A stretch of DNA of 64,000 nucleotides, taken from assembly GCA_964606895.1 (NCBI GenBank), contig CAZSHX010000008.1:17816-81815 (forward strand). The letters are read 5' to 3'. Source of the DNA: an uncultured Hyphomicrobiales bacterium. GTDB lineage: Bacteria > Bacteroidota > Ignavibacteria > Kapaibacteriales > UBA2268. The translations under genes were made by a program, and so were the position numbers. The notes under the pieces were generated by a model that saw only the letters and a list, made by a program, of their open reading frames with translations, was not told the origin of the DNA and made no database searches. Below are positions 28,701 to 38,176 of this stretch, one piece after another (position 1 is the first letter of the stretch; every line of letters starts with the position of its first letter).

Positions 28701-28772
28701 AATGGAACTTACTTGCTGAATTTAGCAAGCGGCGATAAATATTACATTAAGAAATTTGTTATATACAGATAA
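25728..28772 (+). CDS. Large T9SS surface protein, paralog 1: IgGFc-binding-N-terminal-like domain + choice-of-anchor-D/ASH-type Ig-like repeats + T9SS CTD
   Basis: The start is taken at MKKFILVALLVLISLPLYS (the ORF track begins 16 codons earlier). The N-domain shows GKEFWFSVPPCF, IKIYVTS..TLVTVEVPG and SGSKVVSTKPVAVTTGNM. Repeats are of the type VDFGIIKIGEEKTVDF and FQITNEGTLDLTITGYTGP. The CTD is FSVSIFDLKGTQVY...GTYLLNLASGDKYYIKKFVIYR. Confidence 0.65.
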   Translation: MKKFILVALLVLISLPLYSKNGDASLLPGMIGANNAGKEFWFSVPPCFESDVSYPNLIKIYVTSNVKTLVTVEVPGKGYFKASYTLPNDVIDFSITSAQGQPFSKNPTDENVAETVFQNAGIYVYADDPIIVYCVVRYRVTTEGFMVIPVSSLGREYIVAGHPVDAMFRAINEYKMPCVTTVTAPFDDTKIRFTLGGTAFTKTKGGMKPGEVKEWSLMKGDVFAISADTDEGDLSGSKVVSTKPVAVTTGNMLANIPTGNVWGGYTAEMDMPTFTWGKNIHVGKIPYRKYASIIRVFAKEPNTKIFRNGKNIGTIATSGGILGKGFMEMRMTQDGNPGSVVISSDQPISVTLYNTGVQEDGEPLPKCAPFVMSSIPVEQYQKEIFFCTPRVSSDSNSGENYVNLVYETDSLGMMPDDMEIAGPVHGEAFVWKKVWDEFPGMDELFKYDVNGKKYALKTIQLTGNGVYSIRSKTPFAAYGFGFDSLNSYGYPLSAALATMEELTDTLPPVPKYTRCCCDGNITDGVVTDMPEDKAIRSNLSTIVFQSDVSFNYVFKYVDFIPGDTRTTNWILQVVDPLKDAQAVITFADRRGNDTTIKINYYAPKYTIRPNPVDFGIIKIGEEKTVDFHAINISSESAVIIEFFNLASSPKGFSLTGPSVPFIIPPNDSINFQVKFTATTGGTFKNSISIADSCHIPTFVFLTATVEYPIIYVTNVNYYPVTTGNTATKEFQITNEGTLDLTITGYTGPSNNVFTTSLPYIDASNPWILLPKESKTIMITFNPTSIGKFTDRITFISDADTNRKNYCLINGEASIPGLKANSYDWFNRKINGTYPPDNDEKVITLLNDGADDVTISGIKIVSYLIGESFEFDKDKFTGMVIKKSESAYVPVVFHPVQTGQHELIIFYNNTSGSSPTTVLRGYGTLLNSITDLFNSGINIITQNEQLLIELPENTSGDFSVSIFDLKGTQVYAKKDIPATFSNRIIIDCGAFVNGTYLLNLASGDKYYIKKFVIYR

Positions 28773-28828
28773 ATAATTAATATATGTATATTTGTAAATA
28801 CATATTAAGTTTGCTTATAGGAATGTGA

Positions 28829-31800
28829 ATGAAAAAGCTCATCTTTGTCATTTTTTTGGCACTATTATCACTTCCTTTGTTCTCGCAGAACAAGGACAAA
28901 TCAACCTTGCCCGAAATGCTTTGGGTTAATAACGCAGGGAAGGAGTTTTGGTTCAGCGTTCCGCCATGCTTCGAATCCGATGTTAGTTATCCGAACCTAA
29001 TTAAAATATATGTTACATCAAACATTAAAACTCTTGTTACGGTAGATGTTCCCGGTAAAGGATTTTTCAAAGCACAATATACCCTACCGAATGATGTTAT
29101 TGATTTCAGTATTACTCCAGCCCAGGGACATCCTTTTATAAAATCAGGATATGACGAGAATGTGGCTGAAGCAGTCTTTGCCAAGGCGGGTATTCATATA
29201 ATTTGCGACGACCCGATTATTGTTTATTGTTTGGTACGCTATCAATCAACAAGTGATGGCTTCATGGTAATTCCGGTTTCTTCGCTCGGAAGTGAGTATA
29301 TCGTTGCAGGACATCCTGTGGATGCTATGTTCAGAGCCGGATGGAACTACAAAATGCCATGTGTCACAACGATTACAGCCCCTTATGACGATACAAAAGT
29401 TAGATTTACACTTGGCGGGACAATTTTTTCCAAAACAAAAGGCGGCATGACGACCGGGCAAACGCAGGAATGGTCACTCATGAAAGGTGATGTTCTTGCA
29501 ATTTCTAATGATACAGACGAAGGAGACTTATCCGGTAGTAAAGTTGTTTCAACAAAACCCGTGGCTGTAACAACAGGCAACATGTGTGCAAATATCCCTA
29601 CCGGAAATCAATGGTGCGATTATACAGCTGAAATGGATATTCCAACATTTGCATGGGGCAAAAACCTTCACATAGGAAAAATTTTCAATAGAACAAAAGC
29701 CTCTATTGTAAGAATTTTTGCTAAGGAACCTAACACAAAAATTTACCGAAACGGCTTGAATATTGGGACTATAGCAACAGCCGGCGGTGTTGAAGGCAAG
29801 GGTTTTCAGGTTATGCGAATGACGCAGGATTCAAAACCGGGTTCAGCAGTTTTCTCAGGTGACAAACCAATCACAGTGACGCTCTACAATACAGGCGTTC
29901 AGGAAGATGGATACCCACTTCCGAATAGCGACCCCTTCGTAATGTCTTCCATACCCGTTGAACAGTATCAAAAGGAAATATATTTTTGTACCCCGGGTCT
30001 TAAAGATAGGTCTTTTAAGGAGAATTACGTTAATCTTGTTTATGAAACAGATTCTTTGGGGATGATGCCGGATGATATGGAAATAGCCGGACCTGTTCAT
30101 GGCGAAGCATTTGTCTGGAAAAAAGTATTGAATGAATATGCCGGCATGGATGAACAATTCAAATATGATGTTAACGGTAAAAAATATGCTCTAAAATTAA
30201 TCAAACTTCCAGGTGACGGTGTTTACAGCATACGTTCCAAAACTCCTTTTGCCGCTTATGCGTTTGGTTATGATTATATGGATTCTTACGGATATCCTCT
30301 GGCGGCGGCATTTACCGATATTGAAAAAGCCGATACTATTCCTCCTGTGCCGACATATACACTTAATTGTGACGGGAGTATTTCAGACGGGGTTGTTACT
30401 GATATGCCCGATGACAATGCTATTCGTTCTAACCTTTTAACAATAGTATTTCAATCATCTCTTAGTTTCAATTATTCATTCTATTATGTTGGCTTCGAAC
30501 CCGGTAAATCAAGAACAACAAGCTGGACACTTCAGGTTATTGATCCTTCTCAGGACGCTAAAGCAGTAATTACATTCACTGATAAAAATGGGAATGACAC
30601 AACAATTGAGATTAATTTCTATGCTGTAAAATTGGCAATCAATCCTGCTCCGGTTTATTTTGGAGATTTCAAAATCGGAGAAGAAAAAACTCTGGATTTC
30701 TGGGCTGTAAACCAATCCTCAAGTTCTGCAATTACCGTCAAGTTTTTGAAGTTAGAATCATCAAATACCGGATTTTCAATAAATGCACCAAATGTTCCTT
30801 TTACTATTCAACCAAAAGATTCAATTAGTTTTCAGGTGAAATTCTCCGCCACAATCGGAGGCACTTTCGAGAATAACATTTTAATCGGGGATTCATGCTC
30901 CCCAACCAAAACAGCATATATCTTATCAAGAGTAACAGGTCCGATTATTTATGTTTCTGATGCCATTTTTTTACTTTCAAAAGTAGGGACCGTTTCAACA
31001 AAAAGTTTTCAGATAACTAATGAAGGCACACTGGATTTAGTGATTACAGGCTATACGGGACCGAGCAATAACGTCTTTACAACAAATCTACCACAGATTG
31101 ATGCCTCTCATCCTTTGGTTTTAAAACCAAAGGAAAACCTGATTTTCCAAATAACATTCAGCCCAACATCCTCAGGAAAATTCACTGACAGGATTACTTT
31201 CATCAGCGATGCCGAAACGAACAAAAAGAACTATTGTCAGGTTAATGCTGAATCAACAATACCGGGTTTGCAAGCAAATAGTTACGACTGGAATAATAGA
31301 AGAATAAATTATATTTACCCGCCGGACAACTACGAAAAGGTAATCGCTCTATATAATGATGGAGCTGAAGAAATCATCATTTACGGAATTAATATAATTT
31401 CGGACAACAAGGGTTCTGCATTTGAATTTGATAGAGCCGGCTTTAATGCAATGATAATTAAGCAATACCAAAATGCTTATGTTCCTGTTGCTTTCCATCC
31501 TGTGCAAACCGGACAACATGAATTGATAATATCTTATAATAATACGTCCGGCAGTTCACCGACAACTGTTTTACGCGGTGTTGGAATACTGCCGAATTCA
31601 GTAACTGATTTGCTTAATTCGGGAATAAATATTATTACTCAAAACGAACAGTTGCTTATTGAATTACCTGAAAATTCATCGGGTGATTTTTCTGTTTCAA
31701 TTTTTGATTTGAAAGGCACGCAGATTTACTCGAAAAAAGAAATTCCGGCAACTTTCTCAAACCGGATAATAATAGATTGCGGAACGTTTGCCACCGGAAC

Positions 31801-31864
31801 TTATTTGCTGAATTTAGTTAGTGGCAACAAATATTTCATTAAGAAATTTGTTATAAATAGATAA
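28829..31864 (+). CDS. Large T9SS surface protein, paralog 2 (full-length architecture)
   Basis: It is collinear with paralog 1 over its whole length. It includes a 71-nt block identical to paralog 1 (28949-29019 = 25848-25918). Confidence 0.65.
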   Translation: MKKLIFVIFLALLSLPLFSQNKDKSTLPEMLWVNNAGKEFWFSVPPCFESDVSYPNLIKIYVTSNIKTLVTVDVPGKGFFKAQYTLPNDVIDFSITPAQGHPFIKSGYDENVAEAVFAKAGIHIICDDPIIVYCLVRYQSTSDGFMVIPVSSLGSEYIVAGHPVDAMFRAGWNYKMPCVTTITAPYDDTKVRFTLGGTIFSKTKGGMTTGQTQEWSLMKGDVLAISNDTDEGDLSGSKVVSTKPVAVTTGNMCANIPTGNQWCDYTAEMDIPTFAWGKNLHIGKIFNRTKASIVRIFAKEPNTKIYRNGLNIGTIATAGGVEGKGFQVMRMTQDSKPGSAVFSGDKPITVTLYNTGVQEDGYPLPNSDPFVMSSIPVEQYQKEIYFCTPGLKDRSFKENYVNLVYETDSLGMMPDDMEIAGPVHGEAFVWKKVLNEYAGMDEQFKYDVNGKKYALKLIKLPGDGVYSIRSKTPFAAYAFGYDYMDSYGYPLAAAFTDIEKADTIPPVPTYTLNCDGSISDGVVTDMPDDNAIRSNLLTIVFQSSLSFNYSFYYVGFEPGKSRTTSWTLQVIDPSQDAKAVITFTDKNGNDTTIEINFYAVKLAINPAPVYFGDFKIGEEKTLDFWAVNQSSSSAITVKFLKLESSNTGFSINAPNVPFTIQPKDSISFQVKFSATIGGTFENNILIGDSCSPTKTAYILSRVTGPIIYVSDAIFLLSKVGTVSTKSFQITNEGTLDLVITGYTGPSNNVFTTNLPQIDASHPLVLKPKENLIFQITFSPTSSGKFTDRITFISDAETNKKNYCQVNAESTIPGLQANSYDWNNRRINYIYPPDNYEKVIALYNDGAEEIIIYGINIISDNKGSAFEFDRAGFNAMIIKQYQNAYVPVAFHPVQTGQHELIISYNNTSGSSPTTVLRGVGILPNSVTDLLNSGINIITQNEQLLIELPENSSGDFSVSIFDLKGTQIYSKKEIPATFSNRIIIDCGTFATGTYLLNLVSGNKYFIKKFVINR

Positions 31865-31896
31865 ATTTTGGATTTCGTGTGCTTGAAGGAAAATAA

Positions 31897-33651
31897 ATGA
31901 AAAAGCTCATAATAGTGTCTCTGGTGGTTTTATCATCACTTTCATTGTTCGCGCAGAACAAGGACAAATCAAATTTGCCCGAAATGTTAGGTACGAGTAA
32001 TGCCGGTAAAAAGTTTTGGTTAAATATTCCTTCTTACATCATATCTGATACAGCAGTTGAAAACTTACTAAAAAAATATGCAACATTACATGTTAAACCT
32101 CTTGCATCGGTGGAATTCTCAGATACACTTGCTCCAGCACCAATTTATACTTTGTGTTGTGACGGAAAAACTTGTCACGCAATGGTTACTGATTTGCCTG
32201 ATGATCCATCAATTCGTTCAAATCTTTCGATGATTGTTCTTCAATCTGATGTCAGTTTCAATTATCTTTTCAAATATGATGCATTTATACCCGGGGAGTC
32301 AAGAAAAACGAGCTGGTCGCTTGAGGTTATAGACCCGGATCAAGATGCGAGAGCCGTTATTACATTTTCCGATAGAGGCGGCAATGATACAACAATTGAT
32401 ATAAATTATCATGCAAGAAAATATACAATCAAGCCTAATCCTGTTGATTTTGGGACATTTAAATTGGGGGAAGAGAAAACAATAGATTTCTGGGCTGTGA
32501 ACTATTCAGAACAATCAGAAGTTACTATTGAAAATTTAAAATTTATGATGAATTACTACACGTTTACTTTTTTGCTTCCAAAACCACTTCCATGGACGAT
32601 AAGAAAGAAGGATTCAGTTAAATTCCAAGTAAAATTTACCGCAAATGAAGAGGGAGAGATGACAGATTCAATCGGACTCGGAGATTACTGTCTGTTTTTC
32701 TACAAAGCAAAGGTTCATGCAACAGTATTCAGTCCGGTTATTAATGTTATTGATGTTGACTTTGATAATGTATCAGTAAAGAAAACGGCTATAAAGGATT
32801 TTTTCATAAGCAACCAAGGAAATGTTGATTTAGTAATTTATGGTTATACCGGTCCAAGCAATAGTTGCTTTAGTACTAATCTTCCCATGATTAATCAAAA
32901 AAATCCTTTGATTTTGAAACCTAATGAAATCAAAACGTTCCAATTAACATTCAGCCCCAATTCCGTAAATAAATACGAAGATAAAATCATTTTTACCAGC
33001 GATGCAGGCACAAATTTTAAAAACTACTGCAGTATCTATGCTTCATCCTCAAAACCTAACTTAAAAGCAAATAATTTCGATTGGGGTAATAAAAAGATTG
33101 ACAGTACTTATCCTGAAGCAAGTGTTATAACCCTTGCAAATGATGGGAATGAAAATATCTATGTGTCTGATATGACTATTTTAACTGATATTAATGGTGA
33201 TGCGTTTGAATTTGATAGAAAGAAGATTACTTCTGGTTTAACAATAAGAATGAATAGTTCTGAAAATATTCCGGTTGTTTTTCATCCAACCAAAATCGGT
33301 TTAAATGAATTGAAAATATCCTTTGACAATTCAGCCGATATTGTAGCAACAACTACTTTAAGCGGATATGGTACACTTACAAATTCGGTTACAGATTTGT
33401 TTAATTCGGGAATTAATATCATTACGCAAAATGAACAGTTGCTGATTGAATTACCCGAAAATTCATCAGGTGATTATTCTGTTTCAATTTTTGATTTGAA
33501 AGGAACGCAGGTTTACTCGAAAAAAGATATTCCGGCAACTTTCTCAAACCGGATAATTATTGATTGCGGCAATTTTGCCAATGGTACTTACTTGCTGAAT
33601 TTGGTAAGCAGTAATAAATATTACATCAAGAAATTTGTTATAAATAGATAA
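31897..33651 (+). CDS. T9SS surface protein, paralog 3: signal peptide retained, about 440-aa N-terminal domain deleted in frame, Ig-like repeats + CTD retained
   Basis: LLKKYATLHVKPLASVEF joins directly to SDTLAPAPIYTLCCDG. In paralogs 1 and 2 the equivalents (LIKIYVTSN.KTLVTV.V and DT.PPVP.YT..CDG) are about 440 aa apart. Confidence 0.6.
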   Translation: MKKLIIVSLVVLSSLSLFAQNKDKSNLPEMLGTSNAGKKFWLNIPSYIISDTAVENLLKKYATLHVKPLASVEFSDTLAPAPIYTLCCDGKTCHAMVTDLPDDPSIRSNLSMIVLQSDVSFNYLFKYDAFIPGESRKTSWSLEVIDPDQDARAVITFSDRGGNDTTIDINYHARKYTIKPNPVDFGTFKLGEEKTIDFWAVNYSEQSEVTIENLKFMMNYYTFTFLLPKPLPWTIRKKDSVKFQVKFTANEEGEMTDSIGLGDYCLFFYKAKVHATVFSPVINVIDVDFDNVSVKKTAIKDFFISNQGNVDLVIYGYTGPSNSCFSTNLPMINQKNPLILKPNEIKTFQLTFSPNSVNKYEDKIIFTSDAGTNFKNYCSIYASSSKPNLKANNFDWGNKKIDSTYPEASVITLANDGNENIYVSDMTILTDINGDAFEFDRKKITSGLTIRMNSSENIPVVFHPTKIGLNELKISFDNSADIVATTTLSGYGTLTNSVTDLFNSGINIITQNEQLLIELPENSSGDYSVSIFDLKGTQVYSKKDIPATFSNRIIIDCGNFANGTYLLNLVSSNKYYIKKFVINR

Positions 33652-33691
33652 ATGGTTTCAATTATTATAAAATAACTTAAAGGATATCGTT

Positions 33692-35776
33692 ATGAAGAAG
33701 CTCATTTTTGCTTTGCTGATGATTTTAGTATCATTGCCTTTGTATTCTCAAAAACAGAACCCATCGTCTTTGCCCGAAAATATCGGAACTAACAACTGGG
33801 GCAAAGAATATTGGTTCTCAATTCCTCCCTGCTATACGGATGAAAGCGGCGGACAACCAAATTTTGTCAAAATTTTTGTTACTTCGCCATTCCAAACTCT
33901 GGTAACTGTTGAAAATTCATCAACGGGTTACATGCAGGCACGGACTACTATTCCTAATGATGTGATTGAATTTAATATCACTCCTGTACACGGTTTTCCG
34001 TATCTGAAAACAGGAAGGGATTCAACTGTTCCTGAAACAGTATTTTCATCTAAAGGAATTCATATTTATGCGGACTACCCGATGGTGGTGTATGTTGTTA
34101 TCCGTTACCAAGCCACAAGTGATGGATTTTTAGCTATTCCTGTTTCTTCGTTGGGCAAGGAATATATTGTTGCCGGTACTCAGGTTGACCCTATGTTCAC
34201 GGCTGTCTGGAATTACAAGCTCCCATGCATAACAACAATCACTGCCGCTTATGACGACACACAGGTTAGTTATACTCTCGGCGGTAATCCCATCACAAGA
34301 ACCGCAGGCGGTATGGTTCCCGGAACAACCAGAGAATGGACTCTGATGCGTGGTGATGTTTTGGCTGTTTCTTCAGATGGTGACGGAGCTGACCTTTCGG
34401 GCAGTAAAATTGTTGCTTCGAAACCGATTGCCGTAGTTACCGGAAATATGTGTTCAAATATTCCTACAGGTAATCAATGGTGCGACTACACAGTAGAAAT
34501 GGACATCCCTACTTTTACCTGGGGACTTAACTGCCACGTAGGCAAAATTCCAAAAAGAAAATTTTCCTCAATTATTAAAATATTTGCTAAAGATTCAACA
34601 ACAGCTATCTCCCGTAATGGTATTCCAATCGGTACAATCCAAAAAGGAGGCGGGATTGAAGGCGAAGCTTTTCTTACAATGCGTATGACTTCGGATACTA
34701 TGCCGCATTCGGTAGTTATTTCGGGAGATAAACCAATCTCAGTAACGTTGTATAATACCGGAGTTCAAGAGGACGGTTACCCATTGCCGAGCAGTGATCC
34801 GTTTGTTATGGCAACAACTCCACTTCAGCAATACCAGAAAGATATAACATTCTGTACACCGGGTATCCTTGGAGGGCAAGGATTCAAAGAAAATTATGTT
34901 AATCTTGTTTATGAAACTGACGAGAACAATATGATGCCGGACTTTTTTGAATTTGCAGGACCAGTTATGGGTGGTGAATTCCAATGGACTCAACTAAACA
35001 CACGTTTCCCTGGTGTTGATGAAATTTTCACTTACGATGTTTACGGTAAAAAATATGCAGTAAAAATGATTACCCTACCCGGTGACGGTGTTTACAAAAT
35101 TCGTTCGATAACACCATTTGCGGCTTATTCTTTTGGTTACGATTGGTGCGATTCTTACGGCTATCCCACATCAGCTGCTTTTGCAGATCAGGAAACCAAC
35201 GATATTGAGCCTCCAGTCCCAACATGGACAACTAATCCTGACGGAGATGGTGCCGAGGGCGTAGTTACTGAAATGCCTGAAGATGCAGAAAATCGTTCTA
35301 ATTTTTCGATGATAACTTTGAATCCTGATAGAAGCTCGAATGTTAATTTCTCTTATGATGCATTCATTGCAGGCGAAACAAGAAAAGTAATGTGGAAGGT
35401 CAAAGTTATTGACCCTGAAAAAGATGCTATGGCAACCATTATTTTTGCTGACAGAAGAGGCAACGATACTTCCGTTACAATTACACTTTCTGCTCAGGAA
35501 CCCGAAAGCGTTAAAGAGATGAAAAACTCTGATCTGGTAAGAATCAACATTCAGAACAATCAATTATTTATCGTACTTGATGAGAATATTACCGATGAAT
35601 TTGCACTAACCATTTTTGATTTGAATGGGACACAGGTTTATAGTAAATCAAGTATATCAGCTAATACATCGAACAAAATAACAGTTGACATTGGTAATTT
35701 TGCAAATGGAACTTACTTGCTGAATTTAGTAAGTCAGGATAAATACATTACGAAGAAGTTTTTAATACAGAGATAA
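33692..35776 (+). CDS. T9SS surface protein, paralog 4: N-terminal domain + one linker domain + CTD, lacking the Ig-like repeat block
   Basis: The N-terminal ~500 aa are collinear with paralogs 1 and 2 (GKEYWFSIPPCY, SGSKIVASKPIAVVTGNMCSNIPTGNQWCDYT). It then jumps to a more divergent CTD (FALTIFDLNGTQVY...GTYLLNLVSQDKYITKKFLIQR). Confidence 0.6.
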   Translation: MKKLIFALLMILVSLPLYSQKQNPSSLPENIGTNNWGKEYWFSIPPCYTDESGGQPNFVKIFVTSPFQTLVTVENSSTGYMQARTTIPNDVIEFNITPVHGFPYLKTGRDSTVPETVFSSKGIHIYADYPMVVYVVIRYQATSDGFLAIPVSSLGKEYIVAGTQVDPMFTAVWNYKLPCITTITAAYDDTQVSYTLGGNPITRTAGGMVPGTTREWTLMRGDVLAVSSDGDGADLSGSKIVASKPIAVVTGNMCSNIPTGNQWCDYTVEMDIPTFTWGLNCHVGKIPKRKFSSIIKIFAKDSTTAISRNGIPIGTIQKGGGIEGEAFLTMRMTSDTMPHSVVISGDKPISVTLYNTGVQEDGYPLPSSDPFVMATTPLQQYQKDITFCTPGILGGQGFKENYVNLVYETDENNMMPDFFEFAGPVMGGEFQWTQLNTRFPGVDEIFTYDVYGKKYAVKMITLPGDGVYKIRSITPFAAYSFGYDWCDSYGYPTSAAFADQETNDIEPPVPTWTTNPDGDGAEGVVTEMPEDAENRSNFSMITLNPDRSSNVNFSYDAFIAGETRKVMWKVKVIDPEKDAMATIIFADRRGNDTSVTITLSAQEPESVKEMKNSDLVRINIQNNQLFIVLDENITDEFALTIFDLNGTQVYSKSSISANTSNKITVDIGNFANGTYLLNLVSQDKYITKKFLIQR

Positions 35777-35780
35777 TATG

Positions 35781-35822
35781 TACCATCACAAGACAGGAGG
35801 GAACTCCTGTCTTGTGATGGTA
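35781..35822 (+). terminator. Perfect 19-bp hairpin at the end of the paralog array (no T-run)
   Basis: taccatcacaagacaggag (35781-35799) pairs with ctcctgtcttgtgatggta (35804-35822) around a 4-nt loop. It starts 5 nt after the paralog-4 stop. Confidence 0.45.
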
Positions 35823-36086
35823 AGGTATCATGACATCAAAGATACAGAAAAAATTTTCTCTAATTAAAACAAATTAGTACTGCAAATTACTAATGTAAGG
35901 CACCAACATGATTAAATACGGCACAATTGGGCACTTAAATTAAAATAATTATCAGGTGCAAGAAAAAGATGCCGCTCTTATATTAAAGAATCAAGACAAA
36001 GGGTTTTAATTATCCGCTAATTTTCTGATTTAAAATATTTGCTCCCTGCTTTCGATTTAATATGTTGAATTTATTAGCAGGGACCA

Positions 36087-38105
36087 ATGAATATTTATTA
36101 TAAAATATTTTTATTATTTCTTTTAACTTTGACTGTGGGACAATCACAGCAAATACTTAAGAAAAAGCTCACTCCGGAAACTTATCCGGAATGGGATGCG
36201 TATATCAAAACTTATGCTCCGGCGGATAGTGCCCTCAGAGTTGTTGTCAATCTCGCAAACCGCCATTTCAATTCAGGTCGGTCAGCAGTGGCACGGGAAA
36301 TATTCATCCAGTACCGCCCCTATTTCCAAACGCAGGATTATTATTTCGATCTTCAGATTAAACTTTGCGAAGAACGGCTCATCTCCGAAACACCGACTGA
36401 AGATATTTACTATATTTACGAAAGCTTCATCAAACAAAATGCCCCTTCGGAAAATGCTTATGTGGCTTTGCAACGACTTGCGGACAATTACATTAACAGA
36501 CGCGACTGGGATTCCTCAGTTGCTGTCTATACTAAGTTTATGCCACTTTTCCCGAATATGAAAAAGCGAATTGAAACCATCATTGAGATTCTCAGTGCCG
36601 AGACTGAAGGGTTAACTATCCGCAATTTTGGTCCGGAAATAAATACAAGACTTGCCGAATGGGACCCAAATCCAACTCCCGACGGGAAATATCTATATTT
36701 CACTGCAAACAGCCGCCCGGGAGGTTATGGCAAAGATGATGTCTGGCTCTCGAAATTCGAGAACGGGAAATGGCAGAAACCGATTAATGTCGGACCTAAA
36801 GTGAACGGTCCGAACGACGAAACAATTGACAATATCAAAGCCGATGGGAACGACATTCTCCTTTCGGGTACATTCGAAGGCACTTTCGGGCTTTTTGATA
36901 TTTATCACGTTCAAAGAACCGTTAATGGCTGGGGTTCGCTCGAGCATTACCCCTATCCGATAAATACGCGGTGGGTGGACGAAGGTGCAAACCTGACGAG
37001 TGACGGCAAAGCCCTGCTTTTCACATCGGACAGACCGGGCGGAACCGGTGAATTTCATCCCTACGGTTCTCAATTTCATGGCGGATTGAATGGCAATATG
37101 GATATTTATGTTTGCCTGAAAACTGATTCGGGCTGGAGTGCACCCATAAACTTAGGAACAACAATCAATACGCCTTATGCCGAACGGTCGCCATATCTGC
37201 ATCCCGATGGTAAAACACTTTATTTCAGCTCCGATGGTCACCCGGGGTTGGGCAGGATTGACGTTTTCAAGTCCATCCGGCTCAGGGAAGATTCATGGAC
37301 TGAATGGAGTGAGCCTGTGAACCTCGGCAAGGAAATTAACACAATACTGGATGATTGGGGCTATAAAGTCAGCGTTACCGGCGATAGTGCCTTCTTTGCC
37401 GGAAAGAACAGAACCGAAGGCTACGGCGATTGGGATTTGTATTCCGTTACTCTTCCAAAAATCAGCAAACCGGCTCAGGTTGTAACTATAAAGGGAAAAG
37501 TGACTGATACTAAAGGCAATTTCCTTTCGGCAGAAATAAAATGGGAAGATTTATCCACCGGAAAAAATGCAGGCTCGCTAACGAGCAATCCGGAAGACGG
37601 CTCATACATCATCATGCTTCCTTTGGGAAAGAACTACGGTTATTATGCCGAGAAACAAGGGTTTTATCCTTCTTCACAAAATATAAATCTGAAAAAAGCA
37701 GAGGAAGGCTCTGTAATCAACGAAGATATTGTGCTTACTTCTTTGAAGGAAATGAAAGAGGAAAAAGCAAAAGTCAGGATAAACAACATTTTCTTTGATT
37801 TCGACGAGTATTCCCTTTTGCCCGAATCTTCGCCGGAGTTGGACAGGCTTGCGGCTCTCTTGCAGTCGAACAACGAACTCGAAGTTGAAATTGACGGACA
37901 TACCGATATTGTTGGCAAAGGAGAATATAATTTTGATTTGTCGCTCAAACGAGCCGAGATTGTTCGGGATTATCTTATTTCTAAAGGAGTTGCAAGCACT
38001 CGGTTCACCGTAAAAGGATTAGGCAAAACAAAACCTGTCGCCCCGAACGACACAGAAGAAGGCAGAGCAAAAAACCGAAGAGTAGAGATCTGGTTTGTGA
38101 GATAG
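36087..38105 (+). CDS. OmpA-family protein with TPR-like N-terminus, TolB/PD40-type beta-propeller repeats and a C-terminal OmpA peptidoglycan-binding domain
   Basis: The OmpA_C motifs are NIFFDFDEYSL, GHTDIVGKGEYNFDLSLKRAEIVRDYL and NRRVEIWF. Repeated segments of the PD40 type (P....DGK.LYF.S.R.GG.G..D.) are present. Confidence 0.85.
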   Translation: MNIYYKIFLLFLLTLTVGQSQQILKKKLTPETYPEWDAYIKTYAPADSALRVVVNLANRHFNSGRSAVAREIFIQYRPYFQTQDYYFDLQIKLCEERLISETPTEDIYYIYESFIKQNAPSENAYVALQRLADNYINRRDWDSSVAVYTKFMPLFPNMKKRIETIIEILSAETEGLTIRNFGPEINTRLAEWDPNPTPDGKYLYFTANSRPGGYGKDDVWLSKFENGKWQKPINVGPKVNGPNDETIDNIKADGNDILLSGTFEGTFGLFDIYHVQRTVNGWGSLEHYPYPINTRWVDEGANLTSDGKALLFTSDRPGGTGEFHPYGSQFHGGLNGNMDIYVCLKTDSGWSAPINLGTTINTPYAERSPYLHPDGKTLYFSSDGHPGLGRIDVFKSIRLREDSWTEWSEPVNLGKEINTILDDWGYKVSVTGDSAFFAGKNRTEGYGDWDLYSVTLPKISKPAQVVTIKGKVTDTKGNFLSAEIKWEDLSTGKNAGSLTSNPEDGSYIIMLPLGKNYGYYAEKQGFYPSSQNINLKKAEEGSVINEDIVLTSLKEMKEEKAKVRINNIFFDFDEYSLLPESSPELDRLAALLQSNNELEVEIDGHTDIVGKGEYNFDLSLKRAEIVRDYLISKGVASTRFTVKGLGKTKPVAPNDTEEGRAKNRRVEIWFVR

Positions 38106-38176
38106 AACTTGCTTGTTAGAAATTTTATAATTAAGTTTGTTCTGAATATTAATTGTTTTTTTTTGAGATAGAAATC

